DNA from: an uncultured Clostridia bacterium
Lineage (GTDB): Bacteria > Bacillota > Clostridia > Christensenellales > UBA1242
Reading direction: 5' to 3'
DNA length: 64,000 nucleotides
Assembly (NCBI GenBank): GCA_937893125.1
Contig: CALBHW010000059.1
Span: forward strand, 17,838 to 81,837
Shown here: in pieces, positions 31,401 to 36,628 of the stretch
Layout of the letters: every line of letters begins with the position of its first letter
How positions within the stretch are numbered: position 1 is the stretch's first letter
Made by a program: the position numbers and the translations under genes
The notes under the pieces: model-generated
What the model was told of the DNA's origin: nothing
Seen by the model: the letters and a program-made list of their open reading frames with translations, nothing else
The model's database searches: none

Positions 31401-33320
31401 GTTGACAATCCAAAGAGCGAAATTTGGACAAAAGAATATAGCTTGAACCCATCGGCGGTGGCAAATTATCCTTCTCTTAGCGGTCTTAATAGAGAATGGA
31501 AAAACTCTCCAAGCGAAGCACTTATAAGTTTTGATTATGATGGCACGAACAAACAACCTATTTATAACTACATTGATAGCATAAAGAAAGTTTATAACGA
31601 TGAAGGCGTTTTGACATCGGGCAAACTTGAATATTCGCTTCCTAACTTCGCAAAAGATAGTTTCTATGACGCGGTTGTCAGAAAAATTTATCTTATCACA
31701 AGTGAAGAAGACCTTGTTTGGGTTGCGAACAATGTCAATAATGGAAATCTTTTGACATCGGGTGTTGAGTTTATGTTGTTAAAAGACCTTGATTTAAGTG
31801 GAAGATATTTCACTCCAATTGGGCTTAATAGGACATACTCATTCAACGGAATTTTCAACTTCAACGGACATGTGATTAAGGGATTAACTATTGATTCTAA
31901 CTTTGTTTATTCGGGACTCTTTGGTTACACACAAAATGCGCTTATCATAAATGGATATCTAACAAATGCCTTTATCAAAATTAGGGCTAATGTGCCAAAT
32001 ATGAAAGCGTACGCAGGGGCGCTTGTTGGCTTTGCAGAAAACACAAATATCAAAAATATGGTTGTTTCGACTTGCCTTACAATTTCAAGTAGTGGCGGGA
32101 CATATGTTGGCGGTGTGGTTGGATATTACACAAAATCAAAGACCACTTGCGGAATAAATAATGTTCGCGTATACGGTTCGTCAACCCATGTCGACCTAGG
32201 TGAATACAAAAGTCAAATTACCGAAAAAAGCATTCAAGAAGGCGAGGTAAGCATTGCGGGCTTCTCGGTAGATGGCGGAACATATGTCGGTGGCGTTGTA
32301 GGCTACGCGGTTGCGACGGCAAAAGACGAAGATGAAAAATCAAAAATTACAAGTCTTGTAAGTTACGCAACAGTAAACACGGTCGTTATCGGTCTTTCGA
32401 TGTCTCAACTTACAACCGCTCATGTAGGGGTCGGTGGCGTTCTAGGATATGGCGCAGACCTTGTAAAACTTGATGCGTGCTATGTTCCTGATACGGCAAA
32501 GGCAAAATCATATTCAAATAGATTTGACTCGGTAGGTGGAATTGCTGGCTACAACGAAAATGGTGAAATTAAGAATTGTAAATTTGACGGCTACGTTGAA
32601 CCAAGGTCATCGGACGGAAGGCTAGCGGGACAAATTTGGTCGTATGTCGGCGGAATTGTCGGAATTTGCGACGGCGGGGTTGTTTCTTCTTGCTTTACCG
32701 ACAAGGGAACGACAATCACAAATGCTTCAAATAAAGACTATTCGGCGGGTGCAATTATTGGGCTTGCAAGATATAAATCGTTTGCAAACGACGAAATTTC
32801 CGTTTACATTAACTCCACTTCAAGCGGGTTTGGTTCAACTGAAAAAGCAAATCCTGTTGGAAAAATCGAAAACGCTGATGGTTCATCAACGGCAGACAAA
32901 GATGTCTATAAAATCGGTTCTGGCGAAGTAACAAAGGACAACGGGTTTAGTTCGGAACTTTGGGGTACGGGTGGAGTTCTTAATTGCAAAAAGATTTTTG
33001 TTATGGGTGGCGGAAAAGAATCTTTTGACGCAATAACTGGCACTGGCGAAGCGGACTTCAAGTCTCTTCTTGCGCCTGGTGGTGTGGATACTCCAGCGGG
33101 AATTACAATTGACGACCTAAATACACTTATGCTTCGTGGCGTTTCAAGTGGAAAAATTGGGATTGTATATGTTATGGGCGAAACGCAAAATGGCACGCTT
33201 TCCTATGTCTACTTTGAGACTGATTTGACTGCGGACGACGCGAGTGAAATATCTATTTTAAACCACTTGGGATCGGGGCTTGCGGACGACGTAATTGTTT
33301 GCTTTATTACAAAAAAATAA
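16440..33320 (+). CDS. Giant predicted lipoprotein (5,626 aa) with Ig-like arrays and six cap+GLUG-like beta-helix modules; putative surface protein
   Basis: ATG is preceded by a purine-rich RBS (AAAGGAAAAGGA). The N-terminus MKRFFKSVLAFIFVLCCFSFIGCGD is a signal peptide with a lipobox-like FIGC. Big_2-like segments are present (e.g. VVSKNTSLVQVVRAGEDNAFVIV...GGDAIIEITASN). Repeated caps occur such as IRSAEDLARVASNVNSGKNSYEGITLTLENDIDLSGKYWIPIGTLEHPFKGEFDGNGKSI, followed by GGLVG/GGIVG/GGVVG rungs. TAA stop is followed by a terminator. Confidence 0.9.
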   Translation: MKRFFKSVLAFIFVLCCFSFIGCGDKYSDLKFSLSFSYSQTDTVEILSDGTRRVKTTGLVFDEKLDGNYTFYLSQKDVSQNKFPKATLKVSYSGYPSDFNFGATASSSNTEVLSNAISSRKSGDDAYLDITVCGVGQSELTVLNNETGRSQKIYVDVKGVASSLAFSQNNIAFANVSSENSKINLLSYLSTNDTTNLTFKFGVKNGENFTEYDSSTLSSTYGLSFDKSTGELSLDRKTTLSTLDVLAIYTSPIGDNLQAETRIRFLNDITDFNIYAGQSFEDTKNENNRINSESLLEFYSNLTDGSYKDLVLVAKSNGEKVKFDLSQNETFPFTTDIEISEVKYLTASLVSTTYDKATYAYQVVRVVASKNTEDKTKYGEDRSYNLVISCEYADYTVPSYPLFNTIKTKAYDLIKAFKVNNVKGALTFSDALEQDIFFNSSVVAGEKFFVEIYDQPTILQENSKFFVEFYDKDRAKLERVNDYLTVSYQEKNSQRVVTLENNDFGVLAFNKETTFYVKPSEGSTLRAGDKIYMAFRAQKPAEEQAVAFCFLNVCEGIENISKIDYSFNQFQIGDGDYVLDNDGNRIVDTVTDSSNFVKVDEHIYESEKTINLDSDVENVSAYVTLSYTPVTAKLSNLSVVSKNTSLVQVVRAGEDNAFVIVPQKVTSEGGDAIIEITASNLVDIYRIRVKVYTAINKLNVTLNDPKGTALIVNENGDVKSAIVEYQKRYDLSVSIQPVSKKYEIKYDVYRASKADDNLVGSLTCEYSDLTMSVINGVNSGLINDSKFSFDAHDFGFSFVDDTKESYILVLSIINANGTIIKREITLSSYVPVATMEVSSFRSSIYDANNIYYENKVLNNVINEKSLLLDESVFGVKVNLTGKGDKNPTYTFQNNGYITISIDGQKETTYKIQDGTLTSGSLGLGTKVKALSLSPIRFESGDTYYIFRLQEEYKSQNSIGSVLVTAGIEQFGNPNKVIEKSTKIDILPVSQVLGLTPSTTDINFKQGQTKPAEFQVALAGDKIKNDNLLTKVIGIKNFRNQTYYFESDGTDGLFSLSLSGADLTAKDYTLSVYSTFIGQGFAIFVPQDKVTTKENFDNFFNFSFVTISDLTLEEFVPRMFYILDNENNYVLAHSYEENRNYYLRVVDRDVLSSVYNDMAVVNFSVSDGLSIPYHISTLDDLLSIGESQESVTKNYILTKDIEIGNKNFAPIGNYYHVNLTEEQFTNRVDTYYINVDGSFVVASNYDEDNVYYAYGFNGTFTGKYVIPSLKGDDIIRYYDLTGINYEGVNPSNVDGIFARLGENGKISDLGLVFDTYNMSFASNAGGEEVTNVVGGLVATNFGRIENISVTFDGYFIKTEENLTLGGIIGVNYGTFDNSTIRNSAKTTGTIMIDSSKQNAELLIGGFVGENKGVVIGSNKVVDSFDIAYDDLGFDCNLILSVQDQSQNGEDSNKSSIGLVAGKSIGLISNFAINGRISASKMDNVGGIVGYIEYGELQVEDDGYALKDSYSIARVQGRSYVGGVIGQTFGRDSNLAVKVYNVSAENYDTMSYATRVFVRGKDYVGGLVGRAMYSKFEYSYVASYYKFDENSFDIEGDRLVGGFIGNAQNISVSQCASFINVEVGAGGTNGGLFIAMSSGVSAQNSFAYGYGKNLTTRNLGFAVSDYNTNQLYIIFYNVNEDNKLYVNNVENKTIDSISITENNYWKKAEEGSLIPYYLLKDGKPLMAVSPTIDATVKEVESYERFIGVTGQKAVVLFLVEDSSGVYTNEQIERLNTIDVGDIFDIDIDPLTYKTSKISISTTKPTDILTISDGKIVLKKEGNVTLKIASKLTTLSNTEIEIIVMKGVSDVKVYSNDSVLRDISGSTMEVVKNSPQTLYSRATYDRTLDGKNISFRASSKGIGVRFMIDKTNIPAEYKDNLNAILAFNNVGWENLPELDYQFVDIEDSTNITLIAKLAQENAIAISYIPFIRKTVSGVLTTILLDKLKGEFDLIIKSGATNIVIENNVDPNVVMGQLEKFSFVITAYTDVAGDTIEYYCDKVLDGTTIDVSSVKKSSSNGQISYTFTFFYVNKLEPLKESLYYTFEFYASSNPLSTKQITITITPQKDLNSISSRVYSERDKDFPQSPSQNNIIYNGRPALLTLEAYPYLADFTTLRLRYLTSSTKALSITQLEYNASQAGSGNMFSVNLNYGAEYDSTGALIVRKESAQDVYVGNGNGVYSYSRFFFFSLLIPSDTADKSVYNLIVDVVDSKGNIVFSQPIVLNTLSKTEVDLKFDERFKGADETYYLPVNTKQKLDVVTTNNYETANWEVSSTDVVLTQRQKEIFTPYLENGAYYVNTMNFSKNEFSTDLIGKTIKLTLTLDSGKTADAKSILFNLSLFTVTNISANGVTDGYMSVKNSTTTPLLVDIEAVYDESVVTSANNWYTTWFNKFGEDNSDSLYQLLTNSGYSIRENFADYIASLQEKVTKASFDSKAKDDSAFVSGVWLYKNAEGTLSALRCGSTYNNKTFGVENYEGYVAIYGYEEDVNSSLSLNVRLSYSNRKDSVTYRGIPNVENYNYDASVYSSVFTFSQDFILNFVSALSFYNPTPVSSVKEFMELENDESGDYRLISDLILTDFRPFEAKFKSFDGNNYKIYILSFADTSNESSSGSFGLFTNISSSTMICNTTVYYTSRVDYDSRIQGYVPRSTPMTLDISAYSSVRFGGLSVTNNGVITNCKVSGAVSIDSTRASSSSNLMGGLVSSNASSGFITNSKVIDFNFTASGQIGGFVGKNDGMIVSSAFENSQILGLSANCDIGGFVYENSGSISESFVQGARATTDSDIRNTGSGIISRLGGNIGAFVYANNATISDCYTNILASTSKNKSGFVYTDSGSSVISRCYSIFYKASGDNTTAIYPFVGPNGDDIPPRVVVNGTLNNCYYLTVKTSGYWATDLFYTSSSQTTSAYQTPDNKKAFGLEVDDFATHDSFANFDMSLKPNTVTVAYKQYYYVDGYTWVIIGGKPLIVSTLTDTISMHSYIGKKKNYYLDDQVLYNLTEGTKFHTESTDVGLENNLTLTKYFIENTDGVYNEKDVVFTKLYNKSLAQSTFEYKLDNDYSLKLVASETAEGLKFSSAEYGNGEKQILDIKVLSKDNIYIDQDDNFRANDTVVIETNDAGDISRITLKTLQSASYYYSENVKDVSELKGTRTNPYLLYDYESFVETLSEDTDGKFYRLVRDIDLGNSFVKTSSKTFRGVLQGNHMTLSNLAISYFNNQEKVEDMHLNQESFGLFAEIATATKASMQDTVISNITLNVSEVISNSHKYVGALSGRLLGGNGSKKIFLNNINIVGDSNTYLAGKNAVGALSGFATGNVIIKDINVSASVNATYNALLNKKDMLYIRGASTDKVSYAGGVVGIFDVTEVVDPSTLKNYNASNVKIDSSRVYQGNIVGSAFGLVGENAIVNYVNVEFDLESNSYIKATVYAGGLVGENRGRIISSSVKYLGQESMTMDIAPRLDTADNIFFETPNNTISGLGGLVGLNNGGFISNSISTLNVRNKTSVVVGGAVGRMVGGGLINVVATGAVLGSKVVGGFIGSVNDRDILTTTEAGYNKNAFLDFTNSTVKKNFNARSVYMGGNTLPDNVTTLISSCVAGNNYLSSDYYALNNLLISNEYAFAGFIGIIAFYSENDAISPNCKDAIMYGNKSYFVNTLYSSQNTSTVSKYLNSTYYSSKLDILFSKTSETNILGNDGEQMVYPYRVQDFYYESQQSGVSYSIKKYTNTQEGIDSPVISSEHDKIIDTIYEFVSYSHESIKNSSELYTEINYDKDGDWNTEYKNRSYDWYKARFGKFYYKKVGENIVTTNDTTSEYGEYIQVTDTERENFMNFYEVSKDIFVKIYYISSPVVEHFDYSRKFTNTNSEISFTGESKDKVNGYTYNNLDEIKKQTAIIINGVQIPITFNEGDYVEVTQGEGEDKEFLNGTYTSYPNLTLPNGCVVSKLVFEVTKETLENSAVTFVVNNVEITYSLTNVPLNKKGLTYLESSSRGEATAYELKVSTKRVIYNAYENGYWSFDDNFYSDDFSLATKYPTNLEIAETYIWSRFASNDVGESIRSAEDLARVASNVNSGKNSYEGITLTLENDIDLSGKYWIPIGTLEHPFKGEFDGNGKSIQYVSVNQNSNGVTFDSTGNVKYEPTQNYLDYSGLFGVISGANIHDLSILGGEVAGLVSGGLVGRAENSTISNILNRNSAFGLEVAGGIVGELVGGSLTNSNNYALVTLSSVDALDLYAGGLVGQAKDTTIGNDEHNVVSNSGKITAISTYTSYIATNSLVNLHVGGLVGKMTNTTLSYAQNSGLIKVQTNAHKLYIGGAVGETENGTVHDVKNNGQLDVSHSGVYQETHSVLENTALDKVENGEYIYSTVDVGGVVGLSSNSLSLLSNLSSIKFDAMSTNSSHISLGGIVGRLKNVIDNKLTVSESYNSGSIESTSTNSTTFGIGGVVGTIDLNKSTFASFSDPIVIISNNYNSGSLSSDSVCFVYMGGVAGYAYNEKTVSLGECVMLQNNINIGYVTIYDYVGTRNALGAIIGSSANCLLVNPYGDFSSENVLDRVSFDLNNFYLSGSAYSGSKVFTGYSVKTSDGTFDPASEVVDDSFYKEDSKFFFSKSLSSTDLKLKASFEMRKKSETEDTSFAYDFDNIWEQKYGTWYPTLKRNKNTSYWIDNAKEVVTSSTVYNISTADELSYMAKMINSGELASSNITIRLTKSIDLSNKFFTPIGTTNNPFRGTFDGGFYEIKNLTIDGDSKYVESNGNESFSNDFGGLFGVTNGATIKNLGIENPVVQEVLYASGVVSQATNSSLVSLYTDSAESSLTTSPSKIEGTFGAGGIVCSLINSKDFGNVKKGLYNSYNNVYVLAGAENASKVGGLVGEMVASFTYNCYNNYYGVVTVTDSGTSAGGVVIGRADKDSKIGNVFNLSPKLNSLKGNSVDNGPALYRLSLEDGKVYKTEETLSFDILEDYVDNPKSEIWTKEYSLNPSAVANYPSLSGLNREWKNSPSEALISFDYDGTNKQPIYNYIDSIKKVYNDEGVLTSGKLEYSLPNFAKDSFYDAVVRKIYLITSEEDLVWVANNVNNGNLLTSGVEFMLLKDLDLSGRYFTPIGLNRTYSFNGIFNFNGHVIKGLTIDSNFVYSGLFGYTQNALIINGYLTNAFIKIRANVPNMKAYAGALVGFAENTNIKNMVVSTCLTISSSGGTYVGGVVGYYTKSKTTCGINNVRVYGSSTHVDLGEYKSQITEKSIQEGEVSIAGFSVDGGTYVGGVVGYAVATAKDEDEKSKITSLVSYATVNTVVIGLSMSQLTTAHVGVGGVLGYGADLVKLDACYVPDTAKAKSYSNRFDSVGGIAGYNENGEIKNCKFDGYVEPRSSDGRLAGQIWSYVGGIVGICDGGVVSSCFTDKGTTITNASNKDYSAGAIIGLARYKSFANDEISVYINSTSSGFGSTEKANPVGKIENADGSSTADKDVYKIGSGEVTKDNGFSSELWGTGGVLNCKKIFVMGGGKESFDAITGTGEADFKSLLAPGGVDTPAGITIDDLNTLMLRGVSSGKIGIVYVMGETQNGTLSYVYFETDLTADDASEISILNHLGSGLADDVIVCFITKK

Positions 33321-33362
33321 ATTATATTTTTGTAACGGGCTTAACTAGGCTCCATTAGACTT

Positions 33363-33406
33363 AAAAAAATGCTAACTTTCTTTTTATCGAAGGTTAGCAT
33401 TTTTTG
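33363..33406 (+). terminator. Rho-independent terminator after the second giant gene
   Basis: 12-bp stem ATGCTAACTTTC (33369-33380) / GAAGGTTAGCAT (33389-33400) with one G-U pair and an 8-nt loop, followed by TTTTT. The upstream A-run makes it potentially bidirectional. Confidence 0.7.
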
Positions 33407-33608
33407 ACTTTTTTTTAAAAAAATAGTTGTTGTGATTTTTTTTAAAGTAGTTTTAAAAGATTGCGTTACTTTTTAATTTGTTTTTTTAAACTTCGTGTTT
33501 TTATGTTAAAATTATGTTATAATCGCTAAATAGCATTTCTTTTAATATGAAAAACATTTTGCTCGCGTAGCTATAAACTTTTTAATTTTGTTATCTTGGG
33601 TATGTATC

Positions 33609-33788
33609 TTAAAATAGACTTGTTCTGCTACAATTTCGGCAATTTTGGCAAGTTGTTGTTTGTGTGTTTTGTCCCATAAGTGCTAGGAGTAGTAGAAGTA
33701 AAAAGTTGGTGTTTGTGTTTAGGTTTGTGTCTGTCGCCGATGTGAAAATTGACAAAAGCAAAACGAGTAAAAAATAATTTGTATCCAT
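33609..33788 (-). CDS. Small hydrophobic peptide (59 aa) with C-terminal CxxCxxC motif, hypothetical
   Basis: Internal ATG (33788) of the 97-aa track ORF is preceded by AAAGGGGG with 4-nt spacing. Product: MDTNYFLLVLLLSIFTSATDTNLNTNTNFLLLLLLALMGQNTQTTTCQNCRNCSRTSLF. It has two short Leu-rich hydrophobic stretches and the tail CQNCRNC. It lies divergent from the ArsR-family gene. I recognise no homolog. Confidence 0.3.
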   Translation of the reverse strand: MDTNYFLLVLLLSIFTSATDTNLNTNTNFLLLLLLALMGQNTQTTTCQNCRNCSRTSLF

Positions 33789-34086
33789 AGAACCCCCTTT
33801 TAATAACAAAATTTTTTTATGCGATAGTATTTTATGAAAAACCAAGTGCTTTTTGTGTATGTTTAACTTTTTACATTTATTTTGATAGAAATTTAAGTAC
33901 ACAAAAAAAACAAGAAAAACTTGTTGTATAAAAAGAACAACGATTTTAGGTCCTTAATTTTGTAAAAACGAAAATGTTGTAATAGCCATTAAAAAAAATA
34001 AAAGCGCCACATTCGATAAAACAAAGCCTTTTTGTCTATATTTCGCTATTTTTTTTAAAAATCTTCTTTTTTAGTAAAAAAAATTT

Positions 34087-34095
34087 TGATATACT
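34087..34095 (+). promoter_or_regulatory. Extended -10 element (TGATATACT) upstream of the ArsR-family gene
   Basis: TGnTATACT lies 26 nt upstream of the ATG. No good -35 element was seen. Confidence 0.35.
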
Positions 34096-34120
34096 GAAAG
34101 TGAAAAAGTGGGGGTGAAAA

Positions 34121-34462
34121 ATGAGCGAACAATATCTCGCGATAGACAATGCAACGCTTTTTAATTTGCAGTATTATATGCCAGAGCAAACAACTTTGCG
34201 ACAACTTGCAAATGCTTTTAGTGCGTTTTCGGACAAAACACGACTAGAAATTTTGTCCGCGCTTGCACTAAGTCCTATGTGCGTTGGAGAATTGTCGAGA
34301 TACCTTAAACTCAACCAAACAACCTTGAGCCACCAGTTGCGACTTCTGAAAGATATTGGAGCGGTTACATATAAGAGATATGGAAAAATAATAGTTTACA
34401 AGTTGAAAGACGATATTATTTCGGAAATTTTATCGCGTGGGGTTGACTTTATTTTAAAATGA
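34121..34462 (+). CDS. ArsR/SmtB-family winged-helix transcriptional regulator
   Basis: 113 aa. RBS GTGGGGGTG lies upstream. The ArsR-type HTH region reads RLEILSALALSPMCVGELSRYLKLNQTTLSHQLRLLKDIGAV. Confidence 0.85.
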   Translation: MSEQYLAIDNATLFNLQYYMPEQTTLRQLANAFSAFSDKTRLEILSALALSPMCVGELSRYLKLNQTTLSHQLRLLKDIGAVTYKRYGKIIVYKLKDDIISEILSRGVDFILK

Positions 34463-34709
34463 CCGTTTAAAATGATGTTTTTTTAAAAAATTTTTAAAAT
34501 AGTATTTATTTTTAGAAAGACCTTTTAAAATGACTTATTAAAATCACAATTAAAAAAATAACATTTAAAACACTTAATATAGTGTTCAACAAAACTTTTA
34601 ATAAAACATTTTTTAAGACTTTTAAAATTAGTTTTTATACTACCTTTTAATTTTTTTTACTTAAAACACAAAAAAATGAAGAAAAAGAGATAAAAAAAAT
34701 AGTTTTTTT

Positions 34710-34718
34710 TGTTATGAT
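34710..34718 (+). promoter_or_regulatory. Extended -10 element (TGTTATGAT) upstream of uvrC
   Basis: TGnTATGAT lies ~30 nt upstream of ATG 34749. It overlaps the track's alternative start at 34719, which argues against that start. Confidence 0.35.
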
Positions 34719-34748
34719 ATGTTAAAATATCTTAGCAAGGGATTTATT

Positions 34749-36560
34749 ATGGAAATAAAAGATAAGTTGAAAGATTTGCCACTCAGTCCAGGTGTTTACA
34801 TTATGAAGGACAAATTTGGCAACATTATTTATATCGGAAAGGCTAAACGACTAAAAAATAGGGTTAGCCAATATTTTTTAAACAAAAATCATGCCGAAAA
34901 AGTCAAAAGTATGGTGTCGCAAGTCGCCGATTTTGATTATATTTTGACAAATAGTGAACTTGATGCGCTTGTTCTTGAATGTAATTTAATAAAAAAACAT
35001 CAACCTTTTTACAATATTTTACTCAAAGACGGCAAAAGTTATCCTTATATCAAACTCGATTTAGACGAAGATTTCCCAAAACTTGAAGTTGTTAGGAAAA
35101 TCAAAAAGGGGAACGCAAAATATTTTGGACCATATTTTGGAATAAGTCCAAACGAAATCGTTTCTGCCGTAAGTTACGCTTATCCAATTCGAACTTGCGA
35201 TAAAAAGATCAAGGAACACGGCAAACTTCAAAAGGGTTGCTTAAATTATGATTTAGGTATTTGCGCTGGTCCTTGTATGCATAGAATTACAAAAGAAGAA
35301 TACGCAAGTTACATCCCAAAAGTGTGTGACTTTTTGTCGGGCAAGGACGACACTGTTTACAACATAATTTGCAAAAAAATGGAACAAGCGGTTGAAGTCG
35401 AAAATTTTGAACTCGCAATTAAACTTCGCGACCTTAAATTTATGCTTGTTAAACTTCGCGAACGCGCCGTTACGGCACTCACAAAAACGGACAATATTGA
35501 TGTCTTTGGAATGGCTCAAAGCGACTTTTTTGTTGTATTTTCCGTGCTTATCATAAGGCAAGGCAAGATGATGGGCTGTAAAAATTATAGTTTTGACAAC
35601 TCAAACATAGACGGCGACCTTATGCTTGAATCATTTTTGACTCAATATTATCAAATAAACAAACTTTTTCCAGATAAAATTCTTCTTCCGCTAAATGTCG
35701 ACCCAGATGACGCACTTTTTAAGTCTATCAGTGCGTCGCTTGGCAAGAAGCTTGAAGTTTTGACGCCACAAAAGGGTGTGAATAAGCAACTCGTTTCGCA
35801 AGCAAACAAAAATGCGGAAGAGTATCTCAATAAAAATTGCGAGTTAAATTCAAGAAAAAAACGCAAAAGAATGGACACTTTGACCAATCTTCAAGATATT
35901 TTGGGATTAAGGAATTTGCCACTTAGGATGGAATGCTACGATATTTCAAACATCTCTGGCACAAACTCCGTGTGTAGTATGGTCGTTTTCTTAAACGGTC
36001 TTAAAGCGTCAAAACATTATAGAAAATTTAAAATTAAAAATGTTGTAGGTCCAAACGATTTTGAGAGCTTAAAGGAAAGTATTACAAGGCGTCTCGAAAA
36101 GTTAAAAAGCGACGATATGAGCTTTTCTTCTCGTCCAGACCTTATTGTTATTGACGGCGGAAAAGGACAAATAAACACTTGTCATGACCTTATAAAATCT
36201 TACGACGAAAATATAGATGTGATAAGCTTAGCCAAAAGAGAAGAAGAAATTTTTGTTGAGGACTGCCCAGTTTCGGTTAAGCTTTCAAAAGATAGCGACG
36301 AACTCAAACTTCTTCAAAAGTTGCGTGACGAAGCCCACCACTTTGCAATAACGTTTCATAGAAGTCTAAGAAAAAAGAAACAAATTGAGAGCGTCCTTGA
36401 CGACATCGAAGGACTTGGAAAAATTAAAAAGGAAGCGCTTATCGAAAAATTTAAGAGCGTAAGAAAACTTAAAAAAGCGTCCGCGGAAGACCTTATAACT
36501 GTTAGCGGAATTACGCCTAAAATAGCGAGCGAAATAATTTCAAAACTAGAAGAATATTAA
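34749..36560 (+). CDS. uvrC: Excinuclease ABC subunit C (UvrC)
   Basis: GIY-YIG motif PGVYIMKDKFGNIIYIGKAKRLKNRVSQYF and a C-terminal helix-hairpin-helix region (GLGKIKKEALIEKF...AEDLITVSGI). Start set at ATG 34749, which has an AAGGGA RBS 6 nt upstream and gives the usual UvrC N-terminus. The track start at 34719 has no RBS. Confidence 0.93.
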   Translation: MEIKDKLKDLPLSPGVYIMKDKFGNIIYIGKAKRLKNRVSQYFLNKNHAEKVKSMVSQVADFDYILTNSELDALVLECNLIKKHQPFYNILLKDGKSYPYIKLDLDEDFPKLEVVRKIKKGNAKYFGPYFGISPNEIVSAVSYAYPIRTCDKKIKEHGKLQKGCLNYDLGICAGPCMHRITKEEYASYIPKVCDFLSGKDDTVYNIICKKMEQAVEVENFELAIKLRDLKFMLVKLRERAVTALTKTDNIDVFGMAQSDFFVVFSVLIIRQGKMMGCKNYSFDNSNIDGDLMLESFLTQYYQINKLFPDKILLPLNVDPDDALFKSISASLGKKLEVLTPQKGVNKQLVSQANKNAEEYLNKNCELNSRKKRKRMDTLTNLQDILGLRNLPLRMECYDISNISGTNSVCSMVVFLNGLKASKHYRKFKIKNVVGPNDFESLKESITRRLEKLKSDDMSFSSRPDLIVIDGGKGQINTCHDLIKSYDENIDVISLAKREEEIFVEDCPVSVKLSKDSDELKLLQKLRDEAHHFAITFHRSLRKKKQIESVLDDIEGLGKIKKEALIEKFKSVRKLKKASAEDLITVSGITPKIASEIISKLEEY

Positions 36561-36589
36561 AAACTTGTCCAAACTGTTTTAATTTAGAG

Positions 36590-36628
36590 CCTAAACGCAT
36601 AAAAATAACTATGCGTTTAGGTTTTTTT
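36590..36628 (+). terminator. Rho-independent terminator after uvrC
   Basis: Perfect 11-bp stem CCTAAACGCAT (36590-36600) / ATGCGTTTAGG (36611-36621), 10-nt loop, then T7. Confidence 0.75.

Noticed and set aside
2-33320. Search by eye for protease/enzyme motifs (HExxH zincin as in GLUG-containing IgA1 proteases) and for LPXTG/SLH anchors in the giant proteins
   Set aside because: None found, so no enzymatic or sortase-anchoring call is made. The check was by eye and is not exhaustive.
34453-34533. Three copies of TTTAAAATGA, two of them in the longer context GACC(G/T)TTTAAAATGA, at and after the ArsR-family gene stop
   Set aside because: The spacer is extremely AT-rich and TTTAAAA-like strings recur in many spacers of this window. 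I cannot distinguish an operator from low-complexity background.
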